64,000 nt of DNA from Polaromonas sp. (GCA_031426635.1 JASJPN010000035.1:237-64236), one strand, 5' to 3'; shown: positions 19,225 through 30,013, numbered from the stretch's first letter. The notes: generated by a model from the sequence alone, not told the origin. A program made the numbers and translations.

Positions 19225-19953
19225 TTATTTTGGAATCAGGGCTAGAAATTCACGCCGCAAGTTCATGTCTTTCAAAAACACGCCGCGCATGACCGAGTTG
19301 ATCATTTTGCTATCCATGTCTTTCACCCCGCGCCAGCTCATACAAAAGTGGGTCGCTTCCATCACAATCGCCAAGCCATCGGGTTGCGTTTTGGTTTGAA
19401 TCAAATCTGCCAACTGCAACACGGCTTCTTCCTGAATTTGCGGCCTGCCCATCACCCACTCCGCCAGGCGGGCGTATTTACTCAGGCCAATCACATTGGT
19501 GTGCTCGTTGGGCATCACGCCAATCCACACCTTGCCAATGACAGGACAAAAATGGTGCGAGCACGCACTGCGTACCGTGATGGGGCCCACAATCATCAGC
19601 TCGTTCAAATGCCCGACGTTGGGGAACTCGGTGAGTGTCGGCGCTGGCACATAGCGGCCTTTGAAGACCTCGTTGATGTACATCTTGGCGACGCGGCGCG
19701 CGGTGTTGTGGGTGTTATGGTCACGCTCGGTGTCAATCACCATGCTGTCTAGCACGCCCTGCATTTTGATTTCCACCTCATCGAGGAGTTTTTCCAAATC
19801 ACCGGGCTCGACAAAGTCGCTGATATTGTCATTGGCGTGGAAGCGTTTTTTGGCGGCAGTGACGCGTTCGCGAATGACGACAGACATCGGGCGTCCCTCA
19901 TCTGTTGGCTTGAGCGGGTCAGCAGGCATAGATTCTGTTTTTGTCATGAGCAT
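19225..19953 (-). CDS. folE: GTP cyclohydrolase I
   Basis: FolE-type core (...RSACSHHFCPV..., HFCMSWRGV). The N-terminal start choice (19953 or 19947) is uncertain. Confidence 0.85.
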   Translation of the reverse strand: MLMTKTESMPADPLKPTDEGRPMSVVIRERVTAAKKRFHANDNISDFVEPGDLEKLLDEVEIKMQGVLDSMVIDTERDHNTHNTARRVAKMYINEVFKGRYVPAPTLTEFPNVGHLNELMIVGPITVRSACSHHFCPVIGKVWIGVMPNEHTNVIGLSKYARLAEWVMGRPQIQEEAVLQLADLIQTKTQPDGLAIVMEATHFCMSWRGVKDMDSKMINSVMRGVFLKDMNLRREFLALIPK

Positions 19954-20012
19954 GCAAAGATGTTATCAGCGAAAGCTTGTCTCTCATTTTGAGGGTCTAT
20001 TCCAGGAACCAC

Positions 20013-20879
20013 CTAGAACGTGGCTTTCACGGCCTGTAGCAGCTCCGCCGTCACCTCAGGCATCACCCCAAACCAGCTCTTGAAGGCCGGCCGAGCCTGG
20101 TTCAGCAGCATCCCTAAACCGCCAGCGACCGGGTTGCCACGCGCCCTGGCTGCAGCCAACAGCGGCGTTTCTAGCGGGATGTAAATCACATCGGACACCA
20201 GGGCTGTCACCGGCAGGCGCGCCAGGCTCAGGTCGAGTGCAGGGTTGCTGCCCATGCCTTGACTGGTGGTGTTGACCAAAAGGGCGATGCCTTCGACCGC
20301 TTCGTGGCGCTTCGACCAGGGAACGGCGGTGACTTTGGTGCCTGAATTTCGAGCAAAGTCGGCGCTAAATTCAGTCGCCAAGTCCTGCGCCAAGCTATCG
20401 GTGCGGTTACAAACGCGAATGTCTTGGGCACCGCACTCAGCCAAGCTGACGATCACGGCCCTGGCTGCGCCGCCTGCACCCATGACGAGGGCGGGGCCGG
20501 CATCGGCACGCCAGTCAGGTTGCGCGTCCAGAAGGCTTTGGATGTAACCAAAACCGTCGGTGTTGAAGCCGCTCAAACTACCATCAAGCTCGACCACGAT
20601 GGTGTTGATGGCACCGATGCGCCGTGCGGTCTCGTCCACGCGGTCAACCAGCGGCAAGGCCATGACTTTGTGTGGAATGGTGAGGTTGCAGCCCGCAAAA
20701 CCAAGGGCGGACAGGCCTTTGAGGGCGTCTTTCAGGTTGACTGGATCCACCGATAACAGAACATAAGCGCCGTTGAGGCCATGTTGTTTGATCCAGTAGT
20801 TGTGGATGCTGGGCGAGCGTGAATGGGCGATGGGCCAGCCCATGACGCCAGCGAGTTTGAAGGGTTGGGAAATACGCAT
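20013..20879 (-). CDS. aroE: shikimate dehydrogenase
   Basis: GWPIAHSRSPSIHN, NLTIPHK, GFNTDG and MGAGGAARA motifs. ATG 20879 (MRISQPFKLAGV) is preferred over the ORF-track start at 20906. Confidence 0.9.
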   Translation of the reverse strand: MRISQPFKLAGVMGWPIAHSRSPSIHNYWIKQHGLNGAYVLLSVDPVNLKDALKGLSALGFAGCNLTIPHKVMALPLVDRVDETARRIGAINTIVVELDGSLSGFNTDGFGYIQSLLDAQPDWRADAGPALVMGAGGAARAVIVSLAECGAQDIRVCNRTDSLAQDLATEFSADFARNSGTKVTAVPWSKRHEAVEGIALLVNTTSQGMGSNPALDLSLARLPVTALVSDVIYIPLETPLLAAARARGNPVAGGLGMLLNQARPAFKSWFGVMPEVTAELLQAVKATF

Positions 20880-21009
20880 GAGATTGAGGTTATACACCAA
20901 CGCCAAATCGGTTTGTAACGTCTGAGATAATGAGCCTTGTACTGTTACCAGTCACCACGTCCATCGGCGTGATGGCGGGTAGATTTTTAGAACCCTCGAA
21001 AGACCTCAG

Positions 21010-21471
21010 ATGGCTGATACACACATCGATTCCGGAACCAACCCCATTTTTCAAATCCAGCGCGTTTACCTCAAAGAAGCGTCGCTCGAGCAACCCAACT
21101 CACCCGCCATTTTGCTCGAGCAAGAGCAACCCACGGTAGACATTCAGTTGGGCGTGGATGCCACACCCATCGCTGAAGGCCTGTTTGAAATCACAGTCAC
21201 GGCGACCGTGCAAACCAAAATCGGTGAAAAAACGGTGTTTTTGATGGAAGCCAAACAAGCCGGTATTTTTGAATTGCGCAACCTGCCGCAAGACCAAATG
21301 AACTCCATCATGGGCATTGCCTGCCCACAAATTGTGTACCCTTACCTGCGCGGCAATGTGGCCGACATCATCTCGCGCGCTGGCTTCCCGCCTGTGCACC
21401 TGGCTGAAATCAACTTCCAGGCCATGTATGAGCAGCAGCAAACCGAGGCCAGCGCGACCAGCCTGCAATAA
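21010..21471 (+). CDS. secB: protein-export chaperone SecB
   Basis: [19 protein letters not shown]...[32 protein letters not shown], which is near-canonical SecB. Confidence 0.95.
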   Translation: MADTHIDSGTNPIFQIQRVYLKEASLEQPNSPAILLEQEQPTVDIQLGVDATPIAEGLFEITVTATVQTKIGEKTVFLMEAKQAGIFELRNLPQDQMNSIMGIACPQIVYPYLRGNVADIISRAGFPPVHLAEINFQAMYEQQQTEASATSLQ

Positions 21472-21483
21472 GGAAACCCGTAT

Positions 21484-21524
21484 GCCGGCTACGAAATAAA
21501 TACTTATGCTATTAATTTTATAGC
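21484..21524. repeat. AT-rich bipartite module copy (GCCGGC-N18-GCTA-N9-TAGC), intergenic secB-gpsA
   Basis: GCCGGC at 21484-21489, an 18-nt spacer, and tGCTAttaattttaTAGCa at 21508-21524 (perfect 5-bp arms). A further TATAGCCAGC lies at 21548-21557, and a one-mismatch core lies at 21576-21592 over the gpsA start. Confidence 0.7.
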
Positions 21525-21578
21525 AAATTTATCATGCCATTTCACCATATAGCCAGCATATAACATGCCTACCTTGCT

Positions 21579-22616
21579 ATGAAAATCATAGTATTTGGAG
21601 CCGGCGCATGGGGCACAGCCTTGGCCATCAGTGCCAGCAACAATGCCCCTGCGAAGCATCAGGTCACCCTCTGGGCACGTGATGCCAGGCAGGCTGCGTT
21701 GATGCAGGTGCATCGCGAAAATCAGCGCTATTTGCCCGGTGTGGCGTTACCAGCATCGCTGAGCATCAGCAGCGACGCTGTGGATCAACTCGCACAAACA
21801 GCTGATGTATGCATCATTGCCACGCCCATGTCGGGGCTGCGCGGGATGCTGACACAGCTGCGCGATGCGCCTTGTCCAGTCGCTTGGCTGTGCAAGGGCT
21901 TTGAAGCAGGCGTTGGCTCTAAAAACGGGCTGCTAGGCCATGAAATATATGCCCAAACAACGGCCCTGATACAAGCCAGGCAGCCTTTGAATCAACAGAC
22001 AATGCAATGCGGCGTATTAAGTGGCCCGAGTTTTGCGCTAGAAGTGGCACGCGGCCAGCCCACCGCCCTGGTCGCTGCCAGTGAACATGCCCGCGTGCGC
22101 GATGCCCTGGTCGAAGCCTTTCACAGCCCGGTGCTGCGTGTTTACGCCAGCGAGGACGTGGTAGGCGTTGAAGTCGGCGGTGCGGTGAAAAACGTCCTGG
22201 CGATTGCAACTGGTTTGTGCGATGGCCTGGGTTTGGGCTTGAATGCACGCGCTGCCCTCATCACCCGTGGTTTGGCCGAGATGACACGCTTGGGGCTGGC
22301 TTTGGGTGCCAAACTCGAGACTTTCATGGGACTGTCGGGTCTGGGCGACCTGGTGCTCACGGCCACCGGCGACTTGAGCCGTAATCGCAAAGTGGGTTTG
22401 CTGTTGGCGCAAGGGAACACGTTGCAACAAGCCGTCGAGTCGTTGGGACATGTGGCTGAAGGGGTGTATTGCGCCAGAACGGTCAGCCAGCGGGCGCTGT
22501 CACTGGGGGTGGACATGCCGATCACACAATGCGTGGTACAGGTTCTGGATGGCCGCATGAGCCCGATTCAAGCGGTCGCGCTATTGATGGGACGCGACGC
22601 AACTGAAGAAATTTAG
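21579..22616 (+). CDS. gpsA: NAD(P)H-dependent glycerol-3-phosphate dehydrogenase
   Basis: [16 protein letters not shown] Rossmann start, [12 protein letters not shown] and the LSRNR motif. Confidence 0.95.
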   Translation: MKIIVFGAGAWGTALAISASNNAPAKHQVTLWARDARQAALMQVHRENQRYLPGVALPASLSISSDAVDQLAQTADVCIIATPMSGLRGMLTQLRDAPCPVAWLCKGFEAGVGSKNGLLGHEIYAQTTALIQARQPLNQQTMQCGVLSGPSFALEVARGQPTALVAASEHARVRDALVEAFHSPVLRVYASEDVVGVEVGGAVKNVLAIATGLCDGLGLGLNARAALITRGLAEMTRLGLALGAKLETFMGLSGLGDLVLTATGDLSRNRKVGLLLAQGNTLQQAVESLGHVAEGVYCARTVSQRALSLGVDMPITQCVVQVLDGRMSPIQAVALLMGRDATEEI

Positions 22617-23476
22617 AACTCTAAATTGTCAATCAAACGGGTGTTGCCCAATTTGGCAGCCCCTAAAACCACCAATTCGTCAGCGCTCTGCCCGCCCCGC
22701 GAGACCCCGCTTTGCGGCACTTGCAAGTCTGAGCGGCGGCGCACACACAGATAATCCGGTTTCCAGCCGCGTTTTGCCAGGTGGTCCATCGCTTGTGTTT
22801 CCAGAGCTTCCAAGTTGTTTGCATCCGCACGGTACGAACTTGCGAGATGCTTCAATGCGAGGGACAGTTGCACCGCCTCGGCGCGCTCGTCTGCACTCAA
22901 ATACCCATTGCGTGAACTCAACGCCAGGCCGTCATCAGCGCGCTGGGTTTCACCACCCATGATGTCAATCGGCAGGGCAAACTGCTGCACCATACGCTTG
23001 ATCACCATCAACTGTTGGTAATCTTTTTTGCCAAACAGCGCGGTACGTGTGCCCTGCGCTTCCGAGAAAACACAGGTGAACAGCTTCATCACCACCGTGC
23101 TGACCCCGACAAAAAAACCAGGGCGGAAATGCCCTTCCAGAATATCGGCAACTTCCGGCGGTGGCTGTACCTTAAAAGTCTGCGGCTCGGGATACAGTTC
23201 TTTTTCAGTGGGTGCAAACAGCACATCGCAACCCGCGGCTGCTAATTTTGCGCAATCGACCTCCAGCGTGCGCGGATAGGTATCAAAATCTTCATGCGGC
23301 GCAAATTGCAAGCGGTTCACGAAAATGCTGGAGACGGTGACATCCCCCAGCGGTTTGGCCTGCTTGATCAGCGCCAAATGACCCGCATGCAAATTGCCCA
23401 TGGTCGGCACGAACGCAGGGTGCTGGTATTGCCGCAGATGCTGGCGCAGGTCTTGCAGAGTGTGTGCAATGTGCAT
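22613..23476 (-). CDS. panC: pantoate--beta-alanine ligase
   Basis: [20 protein letters not shown]-like motif. 287 aa. Its stop overlaps the convergent gpsA stop (TTAG). Confidence 0.95.
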   Translation of the reverse strand: MHIAHTLQDLRQHLRQYQHPAFVPTMGNLHAGHLALIKQAKPLGDVTVSSIFVNRLQFAPHEDFDTYPRTLEVDCAKLAAAGCDVLFAPTEKELYPEPQTFKVQPPPEVADILEGHFRPGFFVGVSTVVMKLFTCVFSEAQGTRTALFGKKDYQQLMVIKRMVQQFALPIDIMGGETQRADDGLALSSRNGYLSADERAEAVQLSLALKHLASSYRADANNLEALETQAMDHLAKRGWKPDYLCVRRRSDLQVPQSGVSRGGQSADELVVLGAAKLGNTRLIDNLEF

Positions 23477-23493
23477 GATCTTTGCAGCCCTGT

Positions 23494-24369
23494 TTACCAG
23501 GCATGCACCGCATTGTCGGGGAAGCTACCGTCTTTGACCGCTTTCACATAACTCTCCATCGCCGCTTGCACACCGCCCGCATTTTGCATGAAATTACGCA
23601 CAAATTTGGCATTCTTGCCCAAATTGACTCCCAGCATGTCGTGCAGCACCAGCACCTGCCCGGCCGTGCCATTGCCCGCGCCGATGCCAATCGTGTGGCA
23701 GCGCGTTAATTCAGTGGTCAGGCTGGCCGACAAGGCCGCCGGCACCATCTCCAGCACCAGCATCGTGGCACCAGCGTCTTGCAACTCATGGGCATGACGT
23801 TTGAGCCTGGCGGCTGACTCGTCAGACTTGCCCTGCACCCGATAACCACCCAAGGCATGGACGGTTTGCGGCGTCAGCCCCAAATGGGCGCACACCGGAA
23901 TACCCCGATCAACCAAAAAACGCACCGTCTCCGTTGTCCAGCCGCCGCCCTCTAACTTGACCATGTGCGCACCTGCCTGCATTAATACGCTGGCGCTGCG
24001 CAGGGCTTGCTCTTTGCTCTCGTGATACGTACCAAAGGGTAAATCGCCAATCAACCAAGCCGTTCCTTGCGCGCGATGTAGGCCGCGTGTGACGCATTCG
24101 GTGTGGTAACGCATCGTCTCCAAACTCACGCCCACGGTGCTGCCGAGTCCTTGACAGACCATGCCCAAGGAGTCGCCCACCAAAATGCACTCCACGCCCG
24201 CAGCATCGGCGACAGCGGCAAAAGTGGCGTCGTAGGCGGTCAGCATGGTGATTTTCTCGCCGCGATCGCGCATTTCCTGCAAACGCGGCAAACTCACGGG
24301 CCGACGCGTCGCCGGTGTCGAAGCAGCAGGCAAGGTGCCATAAGGTGTCACTTGGGTTGATATGCTCAT
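23494..24369 (-). CDS. panB: 3-methyl-2-oxobutanoate hydroxymethyltransferase
   Basis: KITMLTAYD...[10 protein letters not shown]...VKLEGG motifs. ATG 24369 is preferred; the ORF-track start is at 24405. Confidence 0.93.
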   Translation of the reverse strand: MSISTQVTPYGTLPAASTPATRRPVSLPRLQEMRDRGEKITMLTAYDATFAAVADAAGVECILVGDSLGMVCQGLGSTVGVSLETMRYHTECVTRGLHRAQGTAWLIGDLPFGTYHESKEQALRSASVLMQAGAHMVKLEGGGWTTETVRFLVDRGIPVCAHLGLTPQTVHALGGYRVQGKSDESAARLKRHAHELQDAGATMLVLEMVPAALSASLTTELTRCHTIGIGAGNGTAGQVLVLHDMLGVNLGKNAKFVRNFMQNAGGVQAAMESYVKAVKDGSFPDNAVHAW

Positions 24370-24508
24370 GGTGCGCCTTTGTCCCGTGGTTTCCAATTGT
24401 TTCAATAAGTCGAATAAGCTGCGAAAATGGGAAGTCTATTCGATAATGACAGGCATAGCGTAAGCTTGCGTATGACTACTTTCATCTATCCATCACAGAC
24501 CTGATCCA

Positions 24509-25387
24509 ATGAGCACTTTATCAACCACCGTTTTGCCAAATTTCAGTGCCGACTTTGTCGCCAAATTGGCCAAAGACGACGTGGCGCGGGCGTTGGCAGA
24601 AGACGTCGGTACGGGTGACCTGACGGCTTCCTTGATTGACCCCAAGCAGCGCACGCGCGCGCACATCTTGGCGCGAGAAAGCGCCATCATCTGTGGCGCG
24701 GCATGGGTAGAGGCGGCCATTTTAGGACTCGACCCGTCAGCTAAATTTAATTGGCTGGTAGCTGAAGGCGAGCCCTGTCAAGCTGACGACGTTGTTTTAG
24801 AAATAGAAGGCCTGGCTGCTCAACTTTTAAGCGCCGAGCGCACCGCTTTGAATTTTTTACAGCTTTTAAGCGCCGTAGCGACCAAAACAGCGCGGTATGT
24901 GGACATCGTGCAGGGAACCAGCGCCAAAATCGTCGATACCCGCAAAACCCTGCCTGGGCTGCGTTTGGCCCAAAAGTACGCCGTCGCTTGCGGTGGCGGA
25001 ACCAACCACCGCATTGGCTTGTATGACGCGGTGCTCATCAAAGAAAATCACATTGCAGCCGCCGGTGGTATCCGGGAAGTCTTGACACGGGCGAAAGAGT
25101 TAGCGCCCAGTGCCAAATTCATAGAAATCGAGGTGGAGACCCTGGTGCAACTGTCGGAAGCCCTGGATGCCGGTGCCACCATGGTATTACTCGACAACAT
25201 GAGCGTACCCACCCTGCTCAAAGCTGTGCTGATCAACGACGGGCGCGCTATTTTAGAAATTTCTGGCGGCGTGACGCTCGATGGCTTGCGCATCCTTGCA
25301 GAAACAGGGGTTGACCGCATCTCCATTGGCACACTGACCAAAGATGTGAAGGCCATTGATTTTTCTATGCGGTTTGAGCCCTCTTGA
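24509..25387 (+). CDS. nadC: nicotinate-nucleotide diphosphorylase (carboxylating)
   Basis: [19 protein letters not shown] and IKENH motifs typical of QPRTase. Confidence 0.93.
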   Translation: MSTLSTTVLPNFSADFVAKLAKDDVARALAEDVGTGDLTASLIDPKQRTRAHILARESAIICGAAWVEAAILGLDPSAKFNWLVAEGEPCQADDVVLEIEGLAAQLLSAERTALNFLQLLSAVATKTARYVDIVQGTSAKIVDTRKTLPGLRLAQKYAVACGGGTNHRIGLYDAVLIKENHIAAAGGIREVLTRAKELAPSAKFIEIEVETLVQLSEALDAGATMVLLDNMSVPTLLKAVLINDGRAILEISGGVTLDGLRILAETGVDRISIGTLTKDVKAIDFSMRFEPS

Positions 25388-26535
25388 TGCATGCTGAGCC
25401 CATGACGACATTTATGAACACTTCTGCAAACACCCCCATGAAGAATCAAATCCAGGTTGAATACGAGCAACCCGCCTGCCCAACACGCAAGGTGTGGGTG
25501 CGCGTGCCGGTCGAACCTGCGCCCGCTGAGCGTCTAGCGCTCAAAGAACGCATTCGTCGCCTGCTCAAAGAACACAACGCGGTGATGGTCTCGCATTACT
25601 ACGTTCACCCCGACTTGCAGGACCTGGCTGAAGAAACCGGCGGTATCGTCAGCGATTCCTTAGAGATGGCGCGTTTTGGTCGTGACCACCCCGCCACGAC
25701 GCTGGTGGTGTCTGGGGTGCGCTTTATGGGTGAAACGGCCAAAATTTTATCGCCCGAAAAGCGTGTATTGATGCCCGATTTAGAAGCCACCTGCTCGCTT
25801 GACTTGGGTTGTCCCATCGACACATTCAGCGCATTTTGTGATGCACACCCTGACCGCACGGTGGTGGTTTATGCCAACACCAGTGCTGCCGTGAAGGCGC
25901 GGGCCGACTGGCTGGTGACATCAAGCTGTGCGCTGGACATCGTGCGCGCCTTGAAAGACAAAGGGCAAAAAATCCTGTGGGCACCCGACAAACACCTGGG
26001 CGGCTACATTCAGCGGGAAACGGGTGCCGACATGGTGCTGTGGAACGGCTCGTGCATCGTGCACGACGAGTTCAAAGCGCTTGAATTGCAAGCCTTGATG
26101 CTTGAACACCCCCAAGCCAAGGTCCTGGTGCATCCTGAATCGCCTGCCGACGTCATTGCTTTGGCTGATGTGGTGGGCTCGACTTCGGCCATTTTGAAGG
26201 CAGCGCGCGAGATGGACGCGCCCGAGTTCATCGTGGCCACCGACAAGGGCATGATGCACAAGCTGCGCACGCAAAACCCCCATAAGCTGTTCATGGAAGC
26301 GCCCACAGCGGGCGACAGCGCCACCTGCAAAAGCTGCGCCCACTGCCCGTGGATGGCGATGAATAGCTTGGCTGGTGTGGCGCATGTCTTGGAAACCGGG
26401 GTGAACGAGGTGCAGGTGGACCCCGCCTTGGGTCTACGCGCCAGGCTGCCGATAGACCGCATGTTGGCATTTACACAAGCGCTGCATTCAGGACAAGATG
26501 TGAGTCATTTGGTGCCGCACATCGGAGCTGCATGA
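25387..26535 (+). CDS. nadA: quinolinate synthase
   Basis: VSHYYV...[14 protein letters not shown]...C(x)CPWM NadA motifs. ATG 25387 overlaps the nadC stop (TGATG). Confidence 0.93.
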   Translation: MHAEPMTTFMNTSANTPMKNQIQVEYEQPACPTRKVWVRVPVEPAPAERLALKERIRRLLKEHNAVMVSHYYVHPDLQDLAEETGGIVSDSLEMARFGRDHPATTLVVSGVRFMGETAKILSPEKRVLMPDLEATCSLDLGCPIDTFSAFCDAHPDRTVVVYANTSAAVKARADWLVTSSCALDIVRALKDKGQKILWAPDKHLGGYIQRETGADMVLWNGSCIVHDEFKALELQALMLEHPQAKVLVHPESPADVIALADVVGSTSAILKAAREMDAPEFIVATDKGMMHKLRTQNPHKLFMEAPTAGDSATCKSCAHCPWMAMNSLAGVAHVLETGVNEVQVDPALGLRARLPIDRMLAFTQALHSGQDVSHLVPHIGAA

Positions 26536-27185
26536 CTTATCAGGTTAAAGAAATTTTCTACACCTTGCAGGGCGAAGGTGCCAATGCGGGCCGCCCTGCC
26601 GTGTTTTGTCGCTTTGCCGGCTGCAATTTGTGGAGCGGGCGTGAGCAAGACCGTCTAAGTGCCGTTTGCCAGTTTTGCGACACTGACTTTGTCGGCACCG
26701 ACGGCACCTTGGGCGGCAAATACCGCACGGCCGAGGAACTGGCTGCGCAAATTGCAGCGCAATGGCCTACCGGGGATCGCGCCAACCGCCTGACCGTGCT
26801 CACAGGCGGCGAGCCGTTGCTGCAAGTCGATGGCGCACTGATTGACGCACTGCACGCGCAGGGTTTCACCATCGCGGTGGAAAGCAATGGCACCGTCAAA
26901 GCGCCTGCGGGCATTGACTGGCTATGTATCAGCCCCAAAGCAGGGGTCACGGGTGCATCGGGTGTGGATTGGGTACAAAAGAGCGGTCAGGAGCTCAAAG
27001 TCGTCTGGCCGCAAGCTGGGATGGATCTGGCCCAACTAGGTCAGTTGGACTTCCCCAACAAATACCTGCAACCGATGGATAATGGGCTGACCAACAGCAA
27101 CACCCAAGCCTGCATTGCCGAATGCTTGAGAGACCCAAGGTGGCGGCTGAGCTTGCAAACCCACAAAATCACAGGTATCCGATGA
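26532..27185 (+). CDS. queE: 7-carboxy-7-deazaguanine synthase (radical SAM)
   Basis: [30 protein letters not shown], the variant radical-SAM cluster motif of QueE. ATGA overlap with nadA. Confidence 0.9.
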   Translation: MTYQVKEIFYTLQGEGANAGRPAVFCRFAGCNLWSGREQDRLSAVCQFCDTDFVGTDGTLGGKYRTAEELAAQIAAQWPTGDRANRLTVLTGGEPLLQVDGALIDALHAQGFTIAVESNGTVKAPAGIDWLCISPKAGVTGASGVDWVQKSGQELKVVWPQAGMDLAQLGQLDFPNKYLQPMDNGLTNSNTQACIAECLRDPRWRLSLQTHKITGIR

Positions 27186-27562
27186 GTTCTGAACCGACTT
27201 TCGAAGTCTGCCAACGCTTCTACTTTGACGCTGCGCACCATCTCAACCGCAAGATTGAAACCGAAGGCAGCCGCCGCATCCATGGCCACACCTACCACGC
27301 GGAAGTGGCGGTGCGCGGGCCAGTTGACCGTGAATCTGGCATGGTGATGGACATCGGGCTGATCCGCGTCGAGATCGCCAAAGTACGTGAACTGCTTGAT
27401 CACCACTTTCTGGACGAAGTGCCCGGCCTGGGCATCCCGACGATTGAGAACCTGTGTGCTTTTATTGAAAAAACCATGCGCATCAATGGTTTAACCCTCT
27501 CTCGCGTGTCGGTCTGGCGCGATGCATTGGGCGACCGCTGCGATATGCGCTTGCTACGCTAA
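27182..27562 (+). CDS. queD: 6-carboxy-5,6,7,8-tetrahydropterin synthase
   Basis: FYFDAAHHL...HGHTYH PTPS/QueD zinc-ligand motifs. ATG 27182 overlaps the queE stop (ATGA). Confidence 0.9.
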   Translation: MSSEPTFEVCQRFYFDAAHHLNRKIETEGSRRIHGHTYHAEVAVRGPVDRESGMVMDIGLIRVEIAKVRELLDHHFLDEVPGLGIPTIENLCAFIEKTMRINGLTLSRVSVWRDALGDRCDMRLLR

Positions 27563-27567
27563 CTGCG

Positions 27568-27948
27568 TCATTTCAACTGCAAAGGCACATTTGACCGACC
27601 TGCTGTTTGGCAATTTGCATCATCTACAAACACCAGTTTGGGTTGATGCCCGCTCACCCGATCGTCATGCACCTGCGCAAACGCCGCAATGATGATGAGA
27701 TCGCCGACACTGGCACGGCGCGCTGCCGAGCCGTTGAGGGAGATCATGCCGGAGCCACGTTCGCCACGGATGGCGTAGGTAATGAAGCGCTCGCCATTGT
27801 TGATGTTCCAGACGTGTATTTGCTCATTCTCGGCAATATTCGCCGCTTCCAGCAGGTTCTCGTCAATCGCGCAGGAACCCTCATAGTGCAGCTCACAATG
27901 CGTCACGGCAACGCGGTGGATTTTAGATTTCAGTAAAGTGCGAAACAT
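27568..27948 (-). CDS. panD: aspartate 1-decarboxylase
   Basis: [30 protein letters not shown] (the GS self-cleavage site). 126 aa. Confidence 0.95.
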   Translation of the reverse strand: MFRTLLKSKIHRVAVTHCELHYEGSCAIDENLLEAANIAENEQIHVWNINNGERFITYAIRGERGSGMISLNGSAARRASVGDLIIIAAFAQVHDDRVSGHQPKLVFVDDANCQTAGRSNVPLQLK

Positions 27949-27983
27949 TATTTTCCAGAATCAGTGAGCGTGGAGCATAAAAA

Positions 27984-29438
27984 TTACAACCACCCCAGTA
28001 TTTTAAATAGTATCCGCCCTTTGGCATAGGTTTCTTCCAACTCAGCAGCAGGCACAGAATCGGCCACTATAGCGCCTCCCACCTGAACCATGACACGCCC
28101 TTGCTCAACAATCGCCGTTCGAATGATCACCGATAAGTCCATGTCCCCACTGACATCAAAATAACCGATGGATCCGGCATAAGCCCCTCTTCGAACTGGC
28201 TCGATGGTGTCGATAATTTCCATTGCCCGTACTTTGGGTGCGCCCGTCATAGAGCCCGGTGGCCAGCAGGCTCGGAGCAAATCAGCCGTATCAGCGTCAT
28301 CGCGCAAATGCGCCGTAATCGTTGAAACCATTTGCCACACACTAGGATGCGGCTCGAGCTCAAACAAGGCGCTCACTTGCACACTGCCCAGCCTGGCGAC
28401 TCGCCCAAGATCGTTGCGCATCAGATCCACGATCATGACATTTTCAGCACGGTCTTTCAAACTCGCCTGCAGCGCAGCGCGCAAAGACTCGTCCTGCTCT
28501 TTGTTCGCCCCGCGCGCGCGCGTACCCTTGATGGGTCTGGCTCGCACCTGCCGTTCAGTGACCTTCAAAAATCGCTCGGGTGACACGCTTGCGATAGCGA
28601 AATGATGACCCACGACATACGCAGAAAATGCTGCAGGGTTGGCGCAGGTTAACTGCTTGTACAAACCAAAGGCTGAACCCTCAAAGCTTGCCTCCAGGCG
28701 ATGCGATAAATTGGCCTGAAGAATATCGCCAGCCTCGACAAATTCGAGAACTTTGGAAACTTGTTCTAAGTATTGTTGCGCAGGCGTTTTGCAATGCATG
28801 GGGCCGACGTTAAATGTCTGAACGGATAGCGTGTCATGACCTGTCCCGTTCTGCGCTTGTTCTAGTGAATGTTGCCAAACCTTGGCACGCAGAGTGTCAG
28901 AAATACCAGGCAAGTATGTGGTGCAAAAAAACCACCGTTGCGTCACATGTTCATAAGCCAATACGTGGTCGCAGACCTGCAAATGCATGTCAGGCAAAAC
29001 TGTATCAGCCTGCGCAACGACGGGCAGCCGCTCCACATAACGAGCCAGGTCATAACCTAAAAATCCGACCAGGCCTGATATAAAACTTAAACCGTTTGGC
29101 CTTGGCGCGGTGCTGCCTCCTGCGCTGGCCAAGCCATTCAGAGTCTCGCGCAGCGCCACAAACGGATCGGACCACTCGTGCAGTTGTCGCACCGGCGCTG
29201 TAGTGGTAAAAAGCGTTGTTGCACCGCCTTGCGTCTGAAGCGTAGCAACTGATGGACACGCAATGTATGACCAGCAAGGTTCACTTACCACGGCCTGCGT
29301 GACCTGCATACTTTCTAACAGCGTCATATCGCGACTGTCTTTGAACCGCGCAAAAACTTCTTGTGGACTACCCTCAATGAGGGTGGCTACGATCTTAGAA
29401 TTCAACTCAACTCCAACACTAGATAAATGAATATGCAT
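27984..29438 (-). CDS. pabB: aminodeoxychorismate synthase component I (chorismate-utilising, TrpE/PabB family)
   Basis: C-terminal core SPERFL...RPIKGT...AENVMIVDLMRNDLGRV...GSMTGAPKVRAMEII aligns along its length with my recollection of E. coli PabB. The start is uncertain: ATG 29438, or TTG 29405 preceded by GGAG. Confidence 0.8.
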   Translation of the reverse strand: MHIHLSSVGVELNSKIVATLIEGSPQEVFARFKDSRDMTLLESMQVTQAVVSEPCWSYIACPSVATLQTQGGATTLFTTTAPVRQLHEWSDPFVALRETLNGLASAGGSTAPRPNGLSFISGLVGFLGYDLARYVERLPVVAQADTVLPDMHLQVCDHVLAYEHVTQRWFFCTTYLPGISDTLRAKVWQHSLEQAQNGTGHDTLSVQTFNVGPMHCKTPAQQYLEQVSKVLEFVEAGDILQANLSHRLEASFEGSAFGLYKQLTCANPAAFSAYVVGHHFAIASVSPERFLKVTERQVRARPIKGTRARGANKEQDESLRAALQASLKDRAENVMIVDLMRNDLGRVARLGSVQVSALFELEPHPSVWQMVSTITAHLRDDADTADLLRACWPPGSMTGAPKVRAMEIIDTIEPVRRGAYAGSIGYFDVSGDMDLSVIIRTAIVEQGRVMVQVGGAIVADSVPAAELEETYAKGRILFKILGWL

Positions 29439-29969
29439 TTTGATCGCAAAAACTTCACAACTGATCCACGTCATGCACCACTGCTGCGCATGCTGTTGAC
29501 GCACGATGGATCCACAACACGGCTATGCCAGGCGCTCACAGGTGCACCCGTCGGCGTATACCTTCATCACCAACACCGTACCACCGAAGTCCCAACCGAG
29601 GTGCGCGACCTGTTGGCAGGAGAAGTCGGTGAGATCTGGCTACAACGCGTCACCAGCTTATACAACACCAGCGGAGAAGTGCTGATGGACAACTTGAGTT
29701 TTACGAGACTTAATTCAGTTCCGGACTGGTTCATACAAGGGCTAGATGAGGGGCAAGCACCGATTGGCCACCTGCTTGATCAACTATTTGTGAAACGAAA
29801 AGCCGTCACAACAAGCAGCGCGGTACAAAATTTGTTATGGGACACCGTCGGGAAAACGGATGCCCTGGCAAGTCGCAGCTACCAAATAGCAACATCAGAT
29901 CACGCATTCATGCTGATTTTTGAGGTCTTCCGAGGAGCCTTGACACCGCAAGAAACCATGCGCACCTGA
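29427..29969 (+). CDS. chorismate pyruvate-lyase fold (UbiC/DUF98-like) protein
   Basis: LLTHDGSTTRLCQAL and APIGHLLDQL resemble the conserved blocks of chorismate lyase-family proteins. It is divergent from pabB and overlaps its start. No clear SD. Confidence 0.55.
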   Translation: MNMHFDRKNFTTDPRHAPLLRMLLTHDGSTTRLCQALTGAPVGVYLHHQHRTTEVPTEVRDLLAGEVGEIWLQRVTSLYNTSGEVLMDNLSFTRLNSVPDWFIQGLDEGQAPIGHLLDQLFVKRKAVTTSSAVQNLLWDTVGKTDALASRSYQIATSDHAFMLIFEVFRGALTPQETMRT

Positions 29970-30013
29970 CACATCAGGCTGCAAGATTGGACAACTTTCG
30001 TTGTTCAACATTC

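Noticed and set aside
29987-30008. Inverted repeat TTGGACAAC-tttc-GTTGTTCAA between the convergent UbiC-fold gene and bioF, as a bidirectional terminator
   Set aside because: The stem is AT-rich with one mismatch or wobble, and no U-tract follows on either strand. The evidence is insufficient to call a terminator.
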